The notes beneath the pieces are model-generated. The model searched no databases, was not told the origin of the DNA, and was given only the letters and a program-made list of their open reading frames with translations. Shown here piece after piece: positions 31,621 through 45,512 of a DNA stretch of 64,000 bases (within the stretch, counting starts at the first letter, position 1; every line of letters starts with the position of its first letter). Made by a program: the position numbers and the translations under genes. The stretch lies in contig NC_043008.1 of assembly GCF_006345805.1 (NCBI RefSeq), positions 27,962,001 through 28,026,000 on the forward strand, given 5' to 3'. This DNA is from Octopus sinensis. Lineage: Eukaryota.

Positions 31621-32587
31621 TACAGGACTTCGTTAAAACTCATCATATTAAGACCTTGCAGTAAATATGATTATTTCTGTTTATATATAAATATTAATGG
31701 TCAATAGAGAAATGCACAAATGTGCCAGTGTAATTGTAATTTTCCCTGTTTTCTTCCTATCTATTAAAACAGCTTTGAATATACAACATTTATTTAGCTG
31801 GAACCGTTATCTATTTTAGCTCTGCTTAGTCTTGTAACTCGTAATGTTAAGTAAAGTATTTAAAAGGAAAATCTGAAATATATGTTAAACAACAAACCGT
31901 ACTTTCTTCCATCCCAATGAAAGGTGGTAGGCAGTGAATAGTAGTGAGATAATTATTAAGTATAACTGATTTAAATATGCACCTTACGAGCAATAGTGTT
32001 TTAAACATCTTTTTCCATGATAGCAAGCAAAAAGTAAAAATAAGAGAACGGCAGCAGTCTTAAGAGCAACGCAATGAAAAACACAAAAAAAAACGTGGAA
32101 CGTAACTAAGTCAAACAAATTTGAAGGAAAAAATTAATTCAAGCTGGGCATAATTTTAAAAAAGAAATGGAGACCCTACGAAACTGACAAAAATCAATAT
32201 GATCATGAAGTGAAAAGAAAACATTTAAATCACAAATTATAAATATGAAATTAGATTATAACAAAAAAAAAACCTAATGCCACATCTTACAAAAATATTT
32301 TCAGTCATGAATAATTATGTCAACGAGAAATAGACGAGTACAGTTTAGTCATTAGATGGGGGAGGAAAATATCTGTTTGTGCTTTTAAAAACTAAATTAA
32401 ATCAAAATTAATCTGCGACAGATTCTGATTGATTTTCCTATTAGTAGCTGGAGGCTAAATTTGATAAGAAATTATTGTTTGTTTATTCCACTTTCAGTCA
32501 TCTCAGTGCTTGCGTCTTTTTTCGTTCAGGAAACCTAGCGACTAGTAATTTCGTATACGTTTCAAAAATCTGCATATGTGTGGGCGT

Positions 32588-32628
<41 letters not shown>

Positions 32629-32861
32629 CACGCCCACACAAACACATATGTATATATATATACATACATACATACATACTTATATATATATATATATATA
32701 TAAATATTGTGTGTATGTATGTATCTATATATATATACAAATATATACATACAAACATTCATGCATATATATATGTATATATGTTTATGTATATATACAT
32801 ATATATAAGTATATATATATGTATATATATATAATTTTACTTATATATATATATGCATATG

Positions 32862-32919
<58 letters not shown>

Positions 32920-34219
32920 GCTTTCGTCTCTCTCTCTCTCTCTCTAATTACCTATCTCACTATATACATAGATATATATAAATGAGTGTGTGTGAGAAAG
33001 AGTGTGATTACGACTAGGAATGGGAGCAATTATAGACATATAGAAAAGTCAACGATGCCATATTTCCTCTATCTAAACATTTAAAAACGAATAGGTTATA
33101 AATCGAATAATGTGACTACGCTCCTTGCAAAAATAGGTAACTACCCGTGATAAATATGTGAAATGCTTCTGGACAAATAATAAGAGATGATGAACAATTT
33201 TAGAAACATGCATCTTAAATTTCAGATCATCATGTTTTAATTGGTAGTCGTAATAATGTAGAAGCAGGGGCATACGAGCTATAAGTGACCACTTTATTTT
33301 ACACTTCCAAGCATCAATACTGAAAATTTAAATTCAGCAGCACAAGCCAGGAAGCACAGTTGCCGAAGGCGGTAAGCTTCTTGGTTTTAAAGCTCAGAAA
33401 GCTTCATTGCATCTAGCAACAAGTGCAATATGGATTTATCAAGGATAATACAACGATACTAATAGCGTATTAACAGTCCTATAAATAACCGCAACTAAAA
33501 GTTAGATGAATATATGACAGTGACAACTAACGCCAGTGGAATTCTGTTCAGTAGAAACCAAGATCATAATGAAACATTTAGAGTTCATATTTTGCTTTCG
33601 TTGAAAGAAAAAGACATGCACCAAACACCTACACACCTACACAAAGTAACACAAATGACGTTGCATATAATCTGTACAATATATATAAATCTTTGAAATG
33701 AATCATAAATCAGCAAAGCAAATATTGCAACCAAGTAAAAAAGATTTAATATACAAACACCAGAACGGATTTTCAAAGATAGCGTCGTACATATTTTTAT
33801 TGCCTCGAAATTGCATCATGTGATGTAGCTGTAGTTTATATATTGCCGTTAATAACTTTTTTTGTTTATTTGCAAGAAGTTTGATTTTTTTAAGGGAAGA
33901 GTTCGAAGACATATTGAAGTATATGCATCAATTACATCGAGTGTTTTATGATGAAATCATGGGAAGAATAGAACGCGAAATAAATAAGTAGAGATTTTAG
34001 TTGTCAATGCCAAGGAAAATCGTGCAAAAAAACACAGTACTACAATAATTACTAAATGTAAGATAACTTACTGATATATTCTCGTGATCAGTGATATTGG
34101 CGAACAATATATCCAACTCAGTTGTATTTTTCATGAGTTTCACGATGCCTTCAAGACGTTTTCTGAATACAATATACATATCTATCAAGGCTATTTATGT
34201 GGCCAATTATTTTCATCTT

Positions 34220-34440
34220 TAGGGCAATCAGCGGGCAGAATCGTTTCCACGCCTTGCGAAATACTAAGTAGCATTTCTTCCGTCTTTACGCTCTAAGTTC
34301 AATTTCCTCAGAGCTCGATTTTACCTTTCAACCTTTCTGGGTTGATGAAATAAGCAGCAGTTTTGCATTAGTGTCGAGGTAAGTCGATCACCCGTTGCCC
34401 CGAATTTGCTAGCATTGTGCCGAAATTTGAAAGCAATATT
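34220..34440 (+). mobile_element. SINE family B, degenerate
   Basis: ggcagaatcgtt..aaatactaag..gcatttc..gtctttacg.tct.agttcaa..ccttt.tggg.tgat.aaataag. Confidence 0.7.
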
Positions 34441-34499
34441 AACCTTTCCGTTTTCAACATATTTTCCTCAGCAACAATCTTTCTAAATGGAACTTAAAT

Positions 34500-36345
34500 A
34501 AGAAGTAATCATGGTCGATCACGTATGACTTTGTCTCCTCTGCTTTCAATGCTGTTCCCTGTAAATTCTTTGACACGCGATAGAGTGGAATTTTTTTTTT
34601 TTTTCATGAGGTTGTTAATAATCATTTTTGTGAAGAAGATTTTTTTCTAGTGTGTGATCGCTTTCGTTTAGCCTTTTCAAACACACATGCTCTTAAATGG
34701 GAAATTGTTATTTCTGTGGTAGTGGCAGTGTTATTTCCGATTTAGTTTTGAAACTTGTGGTTTAATCATAAATATTCTTATACCACTGTTTATTGTATGG
34801 AGTGTAGGCTGTTTCCCGTTTAATTTCGGATTTACAATTTTTTATAAAGTATAGTGTTTTTGCTTTTCATTGTTCTACATTGTCATTGTTTATTTTGTAA
34901 AATGGAAATATTAAAATCTTTCTATTTGCGCGGATATCAAGATGTTTCCTGCATGAGATATTCCTAATAGATGAATCTCTAAATTGTTGTTTATGCACAT
35001 TGTAACAGCTGGTCACTTTCCATCTAGTGTCCCCCATATAATTTTCATTTCATTGTGGGAATGTGATGTAGTAGATAAGTTTTTTGTTTGGTAATCCATG
35101 CTTACATTCACATTTAATTTCTTCTTATTCATGTGGGGTTTTTTGTCCCATGTTCAATCACTTCGCATGTCCCACAACGGGGTTTCCCACAGTTGGTTAC
35201 TTGCTTCGTTTCTTTTTCGGTTAGGAGTCTCCTGGGGTTAGGTGGTTCTCTTCGACTGTTTATAATTTGTGATTTCTTAATTATTGGTTGAAGATTTGAT
35301 GATTGATGTAGAATTCGGCGGCATAAGTTGGACGAGTGCAGCGTATTGCGGTTTCTAGGTCTGTGTTGAGTGCAGACAGAGTATTTGTATTTCTGTTTTT
35401 ATTTTCACACCTAGCCTTGGTGTTTCTCTGTAAGGTAGAAATGGAGATTTCCATTGCTGTTGTCATGGCGTGTTGAATTTACTTGTTGGCATATTTTTAT
35501 TTCTGAAGGAATATATTACGTTCTCCCAGTCTTTTCTCTCCTCTAACAGTATCGGTGACTGTTGGCCATATCCACCTTGCCATATTAGATGGTATGTTCC
35601 TTTTTGTATGTGATGGGTGGGGAGATCTAAAATGTAAATATTGGCGCGTGTCTGTGTTATTGTAGTAGAGTTCTATTGTAACAGCCTCACTTTCTTTTTA
35701 ATTATCAGGATGCCCAGAAAGGGGAATTCCTTTCCCCTCATTTCGATAGTGAAATGTTTGAGACATGAATACTCTTCGTTAATTTAAGGGATTTTGTGTA
35801 GTCCTCCTTCACTAGGATCCAAACAAGAAGGCAACCATCTAAGAAAGCTTTTCGAGTTTCCTATAATGTAGCTTTGGAAGAGATAACTAAAAGTTGTTTT
35901 GGATAGGGTATTGATTTTTTCTTCTAGGTATCCCATTACTAGTGTGGCAAATGCCAAATGCCGATGCGACGTTTGTCACCAACGAGGTGCCTTGTATTTG
36001 TAGATAACATTGTTTATCAAAGAGGAAATAGATGTTCTTCAGAAATATCTATAAACGTTAAGTATAAATTCTGTTGAGAATCTCTCCTGTATTCTTTTGG
36101 GTGTTTGTTTTTCCAGAATTTTACTTCTTTTAGTCAATATATACGGGGAATATTTGTGTAGAGATTAGTTACGTCAAATCGATCTCTTTATCTATACCTT
36201 CTGGGATATGGTTTAAGAATTCCATTACTCAGGAAGTAATCTCTATAAAGGCTTAAAAGTTATGTCCAGCGAGTTGCTGAATCTTAGGATGGTGAATACT
36301 GGTCCTGTAACAATCGGCCCAGTTTCAGATCAGTTGGTTTCAAAA
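34500..36345 (-). pseudogene. Decayed PLE (RT to GIY-YIG)
   Basis: Minus strand NIYFLFDKQCYLQIQGTSLVTNVAS..FATLVMGYLEEK, the PLE RT 'GTAMGT..AP.YA.L.MG.LE' motif. Also RPIVTGP, FDVTNLYTNIP and IPLSGH-type remnants. Confidence 0.8.
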
Positions 36346-36395
36346 TTTTATATTTGGATTATAGATGTATTTTAATCTGTTGTCATCTATATGCA

Positions 36396-37300
<905 letters not shown>

Positions 37301-37604
37301 GTCTCTGTATCTCACTCTCATTCACTGCACACTGGCACATACACACAGTTTCTCTCTTTCTCTAAATCTCACTTTCTCTCTCACTCTAGCTTTCTCTCCC
37401 ACACATATATGCATGCAGACTTGTTAATGCGCTCGACAAAATGCTTAGCAGTAATTAATCTGTCTGTAAGTTCCGAGCTTAAATATAGCCGAGGTTGACA
37501 TCTAGTGATCCTTTACGTATACATGAATTAATTTACAGTAGAATGCCACACCTCGTCCCTGTAGTAGAAAGAGTGAATAGATAGGTATGTATATCTATAT
37601 ATAA

Positions 37605-37770
37605 AGCTCTTTTTATTCTCTCCCTGTTTATTTTCTCGTGTTCCTTTGTGTTAAAAAGCGTAGGGTTGAAATGTAAAATTATTTCCTCACCTTCCCGAGC
37701 ATTAAACTAATACACCTGTTTGTTGTTTATACACCTGTCTTCGTCTTTAGTTTCTTTTGTAAACTTCAAA
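37605..37770 (+). mobile_element. Decayed copy of the small repeat at 55885-56078
   Basis: aagcgtagggttgaaatgtaaa..actaatacac.tgtttgtt..cacctgtcttcgtcttt is shared. Confidence 0.7.
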
Positions 37771-37822
37771 TATATCGATATGTGTGAGTCTGAGTATGCA
37801 TGTGTATGCGTGCCAGCGTGTG

Positions 37823-37855
<33 letters not shown>

Positions 37856-37859
<4 letters not shown>

Positions 37860-38174
37860 GAAATGAAGAAAATGCTGACAAAATAATTTAAGTAAGGGAG
37901 AGTGTGTTTAATTAGGTGAAAGTTCTTATTACCGGTTGCGCATTTGTTATGCTTATCAAAAGATATTTTTTTAAGCGAGATAGAGTTCCTTTCTGATAGA
38001 TTTTTTTCTCTTATCAGATAATAGAAAAAAATCTATCAGAAAGGAACTCTATCTCTCTCAAAAATATCTTTTGATAAGCATAACAAATGCGCAACCGGTA
38101 AAAATAACTTTCCCCTAATTATATACACTCTCCCTTACTTAAATTATTTTGTCAGCATTTTCTTCATTTCCTTT
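37856..38174. repeat. Near-perfect ~154-bp-arm palindrome between (TA)n tracts, with a variant HHR-like motif in each arm
   Basis: 37856-38009 is the reverse complement of 38023-38174, with a 13-nt loop. Confidence 0.9.
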
Positions 38175-38214
38175 TTTTATATATCACAACTCGTGTTCCA
38201 CATCTCCTTTTTAA

Positions 38215-38277
<63 letters not shown>

Positions 38278-40268
38278 TCTACACTACTTGCCCGCCTTGA
38301 TGGCGTTAGATTTTATTAAGAAGTGAAAAGTTCATTTCTGCATGTTTTTTTCTTTTATTGCTTCCCTGGCAAAAACTGTTTACTCTGAAGTTCTAGCTCA
38401 TGTAACACAGTAGGTGAACGTGAAGAAGAAATTCAAAAGTCTTCCAAGTATCAGACTCACAAATGCTTATGATTTATGTCATACCTCCTCTTCATTAAAT
38501 AGTTATTGTTATTATTTTTAATTTATCTGATGAATTTTTCTACTTAAAATATTGTATTGATTCTACTTTTGTATCATTGAAATATATTGGTTGCATTTCC
38601 CTTTATATACTCTTTTAAGTTAGATCTAACTTCCAATTAAAGTTCTTGTGATAGCGTAAATTTTAGATTTATAATTTTGTCAATATTCATGAAATATTTA
38701 TTTATTTATACTTATTACATCCGTGGTAACATCCTATGCCATAACTGAGGTAACTGAATTTAGTAAAAATTTAAACATACAAAGTATCGCGCCAAAAGAG
38801 AAATTTTGTTGAATATCAACCTGAACTATATATCTCCCAAAATCATTGTATTAACATATATATCAATAAGCGCTCTCTACACAACAAGCAATTTTCTATT
38901 GTTTTCTTTTAACAGAAATCTCAGTGTTTGGAAACTGAGAATAAAGGATCGCATGTAAATAGATGGCCTAAGAAATTGTTTTAACTGATAAGTGCATGGA
39001 CACCCTGAATTTCTTTACTATGTGTTTGCATGCTCAAATATGTATTACCGAAAAGTTAATTCGTTATTTCTAGTCATCGGAATGTGTGCATTATAATTGT
39101 CAACAAAATGTCAAATACTATTGAGATATTCAAGAAAACTCCTCCTCATATACATTTCACCTCTATTACTCGCAGTGCTAAATGAGTACCAATTGTAACA
39201 AGCCGTGCCTTATAATTTTATTTAATACTGAAGTTTTTGTATATTTTTGTATATTTAGAACAAATATGAACTACAAGAAGACTGATTTACAAAATGCAAA
39301 CGAAATTTGTGAATTCAAATCGCACGCTTGTTAATAGTGTTGTTTCTTCGAGACGGCAGCATCTATTCTATCCACAGACATAAAGCTTACAGCTTGTTGA
39401 GAAAATATAATACTTCATAACGTAAGATGTTATGTAGTTGCGATGAAAGGGGACATATAAAATATAAAATGATAAATAATCCTTTTATCAAACTTTTTTT
39501 ATTTTATTATAATTGTATATATTTTTCTTTGTGTCAATGAAATAGAAGATTAAAGCAAATTAGTGTGGAGGTTTGGTGAAATTATAAACTTGAGTTTAAA
39601 GATGTAAAAATGGTGCTATAATAAAAAATAAAGACAGAATCCCTAGGTTTGGGAAATACTGAAATGTGATCATTATACGATAATTAATGAGTGAAAGTTA
39701 GATAACTATTAATGCATTTGATGTCACAATAACAAAGCAATATTTGAATTCTGTAAAACATATTATGATCGTCATGTTTAAAATTCATAAGCTGTTCTAT
39801 TATGTGTAACACTGTCAAAATAAGACAAATATTCGCGACAAAAAACTGCATAGAAAATGTATATCAGTTTACTGGTAACACTCACCATTCTGTGAACCTT
39901 GTAGCTGTGCAGCAGACGTTATGCGTAGGGAATATGCCGATATACTGATTTATTACATCTTCACAATATATGTACTGAAAAATAAGTGTGTCCGCTCAAG
40001 AAAGAGTTAAATAATTTAAACACCTAAGTAAATCATGGACTTGTCTAAAATTTCGTCTCTCCCGTTTCTGCTTCTCCTGCGTTATTTTGAATAATTGGGA
40101 AAGATTTTCAGTCGATCTCGCTCCTTGGATATCGGTGTCAGGAAATGCCTTCACAAAGAGCATTTACTTACGCTCTTTAGAGAGAGAAATCGTTCGTTAT
40201 CATATAACACAACGTCAAATGGTAACATACGATTAACATTGTTACTAAACAGTGGTGTTGAACTAATA

Positions 40269-40304
<36 letters not shown>

Positions 40305-41541
40305 TATAGTGCTTTGTGCTTAGACATGAGGCTGGTACTTTGCTATGACCGCCATGGCTGGACACCTTGGCATGGTATATCAACGACATCATTACATTTG
40401 ATTCAACACAGGGCATAATTAGCTGTTATCACAGTAGAAGGTAATCGGTGGTCGATTTGTAGAGTACTAACAGATTAGTGTCAACAGCATTTCCATGGGA
40501 TTAACTATATTTGGCGACGTTCGATTAACATTTGTTTGTGCACATTTGAGAAATATGGTGATACTAAATTAAAAAAATAAAATTTTGGTGAACAGCTGTC
40601 CCGATATCAGTATCATCGTGAACGCTGATGGTTCATTATGGGTGAGGAGGGCAAGCTGCCGTTCTCGTTTATGTGTAGAGCATCACGGTTTCGAGAGCTT
40701 TGACCTCAACTGATTAATATCTTTAATCTTTAGTCTTAATATCTTTAAGTTGCGACGAGTTGGCTCAAACTATCATTACATCACACATACACACAAACAC
40801 ACGCACACACGCCCACGTCCACGCCCACACCCATACAATCACACGCACATACATACATATAAATTCAAGCGTTGCTTTAATCTAGTGTCGATATACACTA
40901 TTGCATCTGAACTTTTTATACATGCAGCTATTTTTTGTACGTTTTGAAAATGTGTAGCATATTTCTACAAAATGATTTTCCTGATGCCTAATTAATATTA
41001 TGTTGTCTCTCTATTTCGTGTCAAATATCATACATCAACTGGAAACATTTAAGCGGAGGTAAGTATTTGTGTCTCTTCTGCAATACCGCGATACAAGGTC
41101 AGTACTATAGACATTTCCTGCAGGATTTATAATTAGTTACATGCATGCCAGATTTAAATTTAATTGTAAATTCAGGACGAAAAACTGAACTTCTCAAAGG
41201 AGGGGATTCTCTAAGTGGAGTCAACGACAATGCTTAGAGTGACAGAATCATAGAGAAATATTTTGTGAAGGTGCTATATTATTACCGGCTTTGTGCATTG
41301 CACTAATGTTAAAAATTCTTAGCTGTTTTATTTTAATTTTAATTATCATCGTTTTGAAACACAAATGACCTAATGGATAATAACAGTAACTTGCTGATTA
41401 GCTGTCCAGAGTATATTTAAATTCTGGAAGTTGTGTATCTGGATTTCAATAAAATATTTACCAGCATTTACCAATCAAGTAAATTTCTGCCTTTCAGAAA
41501 GATGAGATAATGTACGTGCATAATTAATATTTTTATCATAG

Positions 41542-41970
41542 AGGTCACTGACTGGAATCGAACAGGGAATCTTGGGGTTAGTAGTCCGCTCTCTTAACCA
41601 TATGCCTGCGGGCAATTATAGATTGAAATTTAGGGCTTATAAATTATCCTATCCTTCCTTAATACCGTTCCCATATGTTGTTCATATCTGCACTCGGCCT
41701 GCTTAAGAGGTTGTAGGATGAAGTTAAAATAATAGAGAACACCACTGGAAAGTACAAAAACTAAAAGAAGCAGCACATATACTAGGACACAACATCGAAA
41801 TATGCCTTTAAATTGAGATCGCATGTTCAAAATTTCCCCAATACACCTGATGAAAGCTGGAGGGTATATTAGCCGAAACGTTGTGTTAACAATAAACAAG
41901 ATTAGGACAAATATCCGTCAAATGTATATAATCTACTTAATTGCTCATCTATTTAATATAGAACTGTATG
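41542..41970 (+). mobile_element. HHR family 1, copy 2, preceded by a minus-strand tRNA-like head
   Basis: 41542-41600 is the rc of the tRNA head at 45363-45429. 41790-41970 is collinear with 7249-7445. Confidence 0.8.
41843..41886 (+). ncRNA. Minimal type I hammerhead ribozyme (family 1)
   Basis: acac-CTGATGA-a-aGCTG..TAGCc-GAAA-CG-TT-gtgt. Confidence 0.75.
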
Positions 41971-42769
41971 TGTATAATTTGAATAGTGGGTAAATATATC
42001 AAATTAATTTTCTTTTTGATTTGTATTAAATCTGCCAAATTAATGTATGATAGCCATTTAGAAATATCTCTTCATTTTATGAATCGGAAAGAGTAAATCT
42101 ACATGTAATGTTTTTCACATATACATACTCATAGACAGATATTAATGCCCCGACAGTGACTTAAGTATTGGTTAGATTATTTACCTTAAATGTAATGTGA
42201 ACGTATATAATATAATAAACATAAAATGATACACTTCGAAAATATCTCTCCATCAGTGTTGCGGTAATCTCTGAGGTTGTTTCAATATTTCGCATTGAAT
42301 ATCAACTGGAAACATGTAAACACAAGAAAATATTTGTGTCTCTTCTACAAGACCGTGATCCAAGGTCAGACATTTCCTGGAGCATTTATAATTGGTTACG
42401 TGCATGTCATATTTAAATTTAATTGTAATTTCAGGACGACAAACTGAACTTGTCAAAGGACAGGATTCATTAAGTGGAGTCAACGGCCACCATTAGAGTG
42501 ACGGAGTCCTAGACTTTATTTAGACATAATTCTGGGAGAATCAATTTCAGAGACAGAACCTCCCACATTGTGAAACTGGAAATCTAGCACTTATTTGTTT
42601 CTGCACTACGTTGTTTTCTTGGTGAATGTAATAACTGTGACATGCAAGCTGTTATTAATTAAACATTTCAGCCCAGGCAATGCTGACAACGATTGTTTTC
42701 AAAATGTTAGAATAAATAATTTATTATTGATGGTCATATAAATCTACGACAAGCATTATGTAAGGATAT

Positions 42770-42975
42770 ATCGTTGCACTCCGTCGGTTACAACGGTGAG
42801 GGTTCCAGTTGATCCGATCAACGGAACAACCTGCTCGTGAGATTAATGTGCAGGTGGCTGAGCACTCCACAGACACGTGTACTCTTAATGTAATTCTCGA
42901 GGAGATTCAACGTGACAGCGAGTGTGACAAGGCTAGCCCTTTCAAATAAAGGTACAACTGAAACAAGAAGAAAGA
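42770..42975 (+). repeat. GC-balanced interspersed repeat, probably a SINE fragment
   Basis: Sharp compositional island (ggttccagttgatccgatcaacggaaca..gtggctgagcactccacagacacgtgtac). There is no second copy in the window; recognised from memory only. Confidence 0.4.
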
Positions 42976-44165
42976 ATGAAAGTTGCGCCGGAGCCTCTAT
43001 TTCATTTAGATTTTGAATCGTTTGGGGTTTGAAATTATTATTATTATTATTGTTATTATTATTGTTGTTGAAATATTATTATTTATTTATAGTTTCTTGA
43101 TAGTTATTATTTACGATCGTTATTATGATATCTATTTATAAAGGGATTTAACGTTTTACATATGATTTAATTTGAGAATTATTTTCGTTAGAATATACGT
43201 TATTTAATAATTAGGTGATATTTTATTAAGTAGTATTACATTTAAGTAAATTAGTTTTAAAATAAATAATATTATGTTCAAATTTATTATCGTGTGAAAT
43301 ATGAAGTCTATAGATACTACATATGTTAATAATATAGTTAGTTATATAATTGATTTGGGTATATTTGAAACATTTCCTATTTTTTATTGTATTATTCATG
43401 ATTAGTAATAGCATTGGGTATATTTATAAGACGCTAAAACCTATTTTTATACATTTAAAATCCAGATAGATTAATTTAATCGTTGAACTTCGTAACATTG
43501 TTTGTTTATCAATATTATTTGAATCTTGTATTTTATTGAGTTTGATTGTTGTTGTTATTATTTTTTATTGTTATTGAGTGGATTTGTAGCGGACTGTCGG
43601 TTGTAGTTGAATGTCTTCATAGTGTATTGTTCATTTGGTCTAATATTTTTTGCACCTTTCTTTAATTTATGGGGCTTAAATTTTCCTTACTTTTCATTAG
43701 TAAATAATTTTCGACATTATAACATTTTTAAATATATTACGAGTTGTAAGTTACAATAGTTATAATTATTATATCTATTTATTTAGAATGATTTGATATT
43801 ATTTTCATAAAGGGATCTAAAGTATTACATTTAATTTAATTCGAGAATTAATTTTTGCTAGACAATATATTATTTAATTATTAGCTGGTATATTTATTAA
43901 GTAGTATTAAAGTTAAGTAAATTAGGTTTTATATTAATTGATATTTGGTCAACTATATTATTGAGTGATATATTAAATCTTTAGAAACTACACATATATT
44001 ATAATTATATTGTTTATTTAATGAGTTTGTCTATATTTGAACCATTTCTTATTTTGATTACAATATTAATAGCTTGTACTAGGATTGTGCATATTTTAAA
44101 CTATTGTATAAATTTAGTATTGTGGTTAGTTTTCACTTAATGTATATTTAAAATCTTATATATAT

Positions 44166-44212
<47 letters not shown>

Positions 44213-44297
44213 TATATATATAAGAATATATTTATATTTTAAAATATTATTTACGTATTTTTATTAATTAATTATTTTATTATTGGAGTTTATTTTT

Positions 44298-44400
44298 AAC
44301 CTGATGAGTGGCTATATATATATCGAAGTGATTTTACTACTGCTAGTAATATATTTTACTATTATCATTTCTTAAATATAGCCACGAAACACGTGTGGTT
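44298..44400 (+). ncRNA. Type I hammerhead motif with long helix II (GUG at cleavage site, probably inactivated)
   Basis: aac-CTGATGA-GTGGCTATAT..ATATAGCCAC-GAAA-CACGTG-TG-gtt, with a perfect 10-bp helix II. Confidence 0.75.
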
Positions 44401-45354
44401 TTTTCTACCAAATATAAACGTTTTACTTATTATTTTGCAATTTACTTAAACATCGGTATATTATTGTTATTTTATATTTAATATTTGTATTATATGTAAT
44501 TTTCTAGATGGTATAATTTATTGTTCATTTTGAATTGATAAAAAGTGATTTTTTCTCATTTTTATATATATATATATATTATATTTTGAGAAATTAGATT
44601 TAGCATTCCTAAATTGAATTTTTCGCCGTAAGTTAGGAATAATATTCACTCAAATTATTATTATTGTATATATATATATATTATATATATATATATATAT
44701 CTATATATATATATATATATATATGTATTGAAATGGCTCAAATATTCAAAGAAAGAACGTTTTAAAGTTAGTAACCATTTAACAAAAATTTAAGTTATGT
44801 TACAAGTAACACAATATTTAAAAGTAGACTTTTTAACAAACTTTAAAAGAAACTATTAAAATGTATTCATCAACCTTTCAAAAAGAAGATTCTATGTAAC
44901 ATATATTTTCTGTGTAAGTTCTTTCGTTGTTCAGCGTTTGAAACACGTGTTCCAGGATAATGCTTTGACAGAAGCAACAAAACAAATCAGGTAAAATACT
45001 AAAATCAGAATGTAGACGATTATAAAAATACGAACAAACATTACGGGCTACAATTGGTAAACACATACATAAGCACAGATGAGGAAATTTTATTGCAAAA
45101 ACAGAGAGGTCTATAACTGCTGCTTCCCTAATAATCTATAAGACAAATCTAAAAATAATCGAAGGGTGACTACTCCAATTTCTATACAAGATAAGTGAGT
45201 GAAATGTTCGAAGGCCCACAAAGATACTCCCAAAGAATGAGGTCAAATGAGGTTTATTTTTCAATGTGGAAAAACTTCTGGTCAACAAATGTCTACCATC
45301 GGTTTTCAATGATGGGATCCCATTGGTGAAGAAGCTGTCATCCTTTGGTCAAAA

Positions 45355-45469
45355 TGTATATATGGCGTAGTGGTTAAAAGCTCGGGCCACTAACCCCAAG
45401 GTTCCGAGTTCGATTCCAGGCAGTGACCTAAATAATAATATTAATAATAATAATAATAATAATAATAAT

Positions 45470-45512
<43 letters not shown>

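Larger units (their letters stand above)
41034..42512 (+). repeat. Diverged ~210-bp direct duplication (41034-41255 and 42300-42512)
   Basis: atcaactggaaacat..tatttgtgtctcttct..ttcaggacga.aaactgaactt.tcaaagga..ggattc..taagtggagtcaacg occurs in both. Confidence 0.85.

Noticed and set aside
38895-38960. Possible micro-exon after a polypyrimidine/AG acceptor
   Set aside because: Weak donor and no recognisable peptide; unsupported without RNA data.
45363-45429. tRNA gene
   Set aside because: A and B boxes are present, but there is no convincing acceptor stem or poly-T terminator, and it is a repeated SINE-type head.
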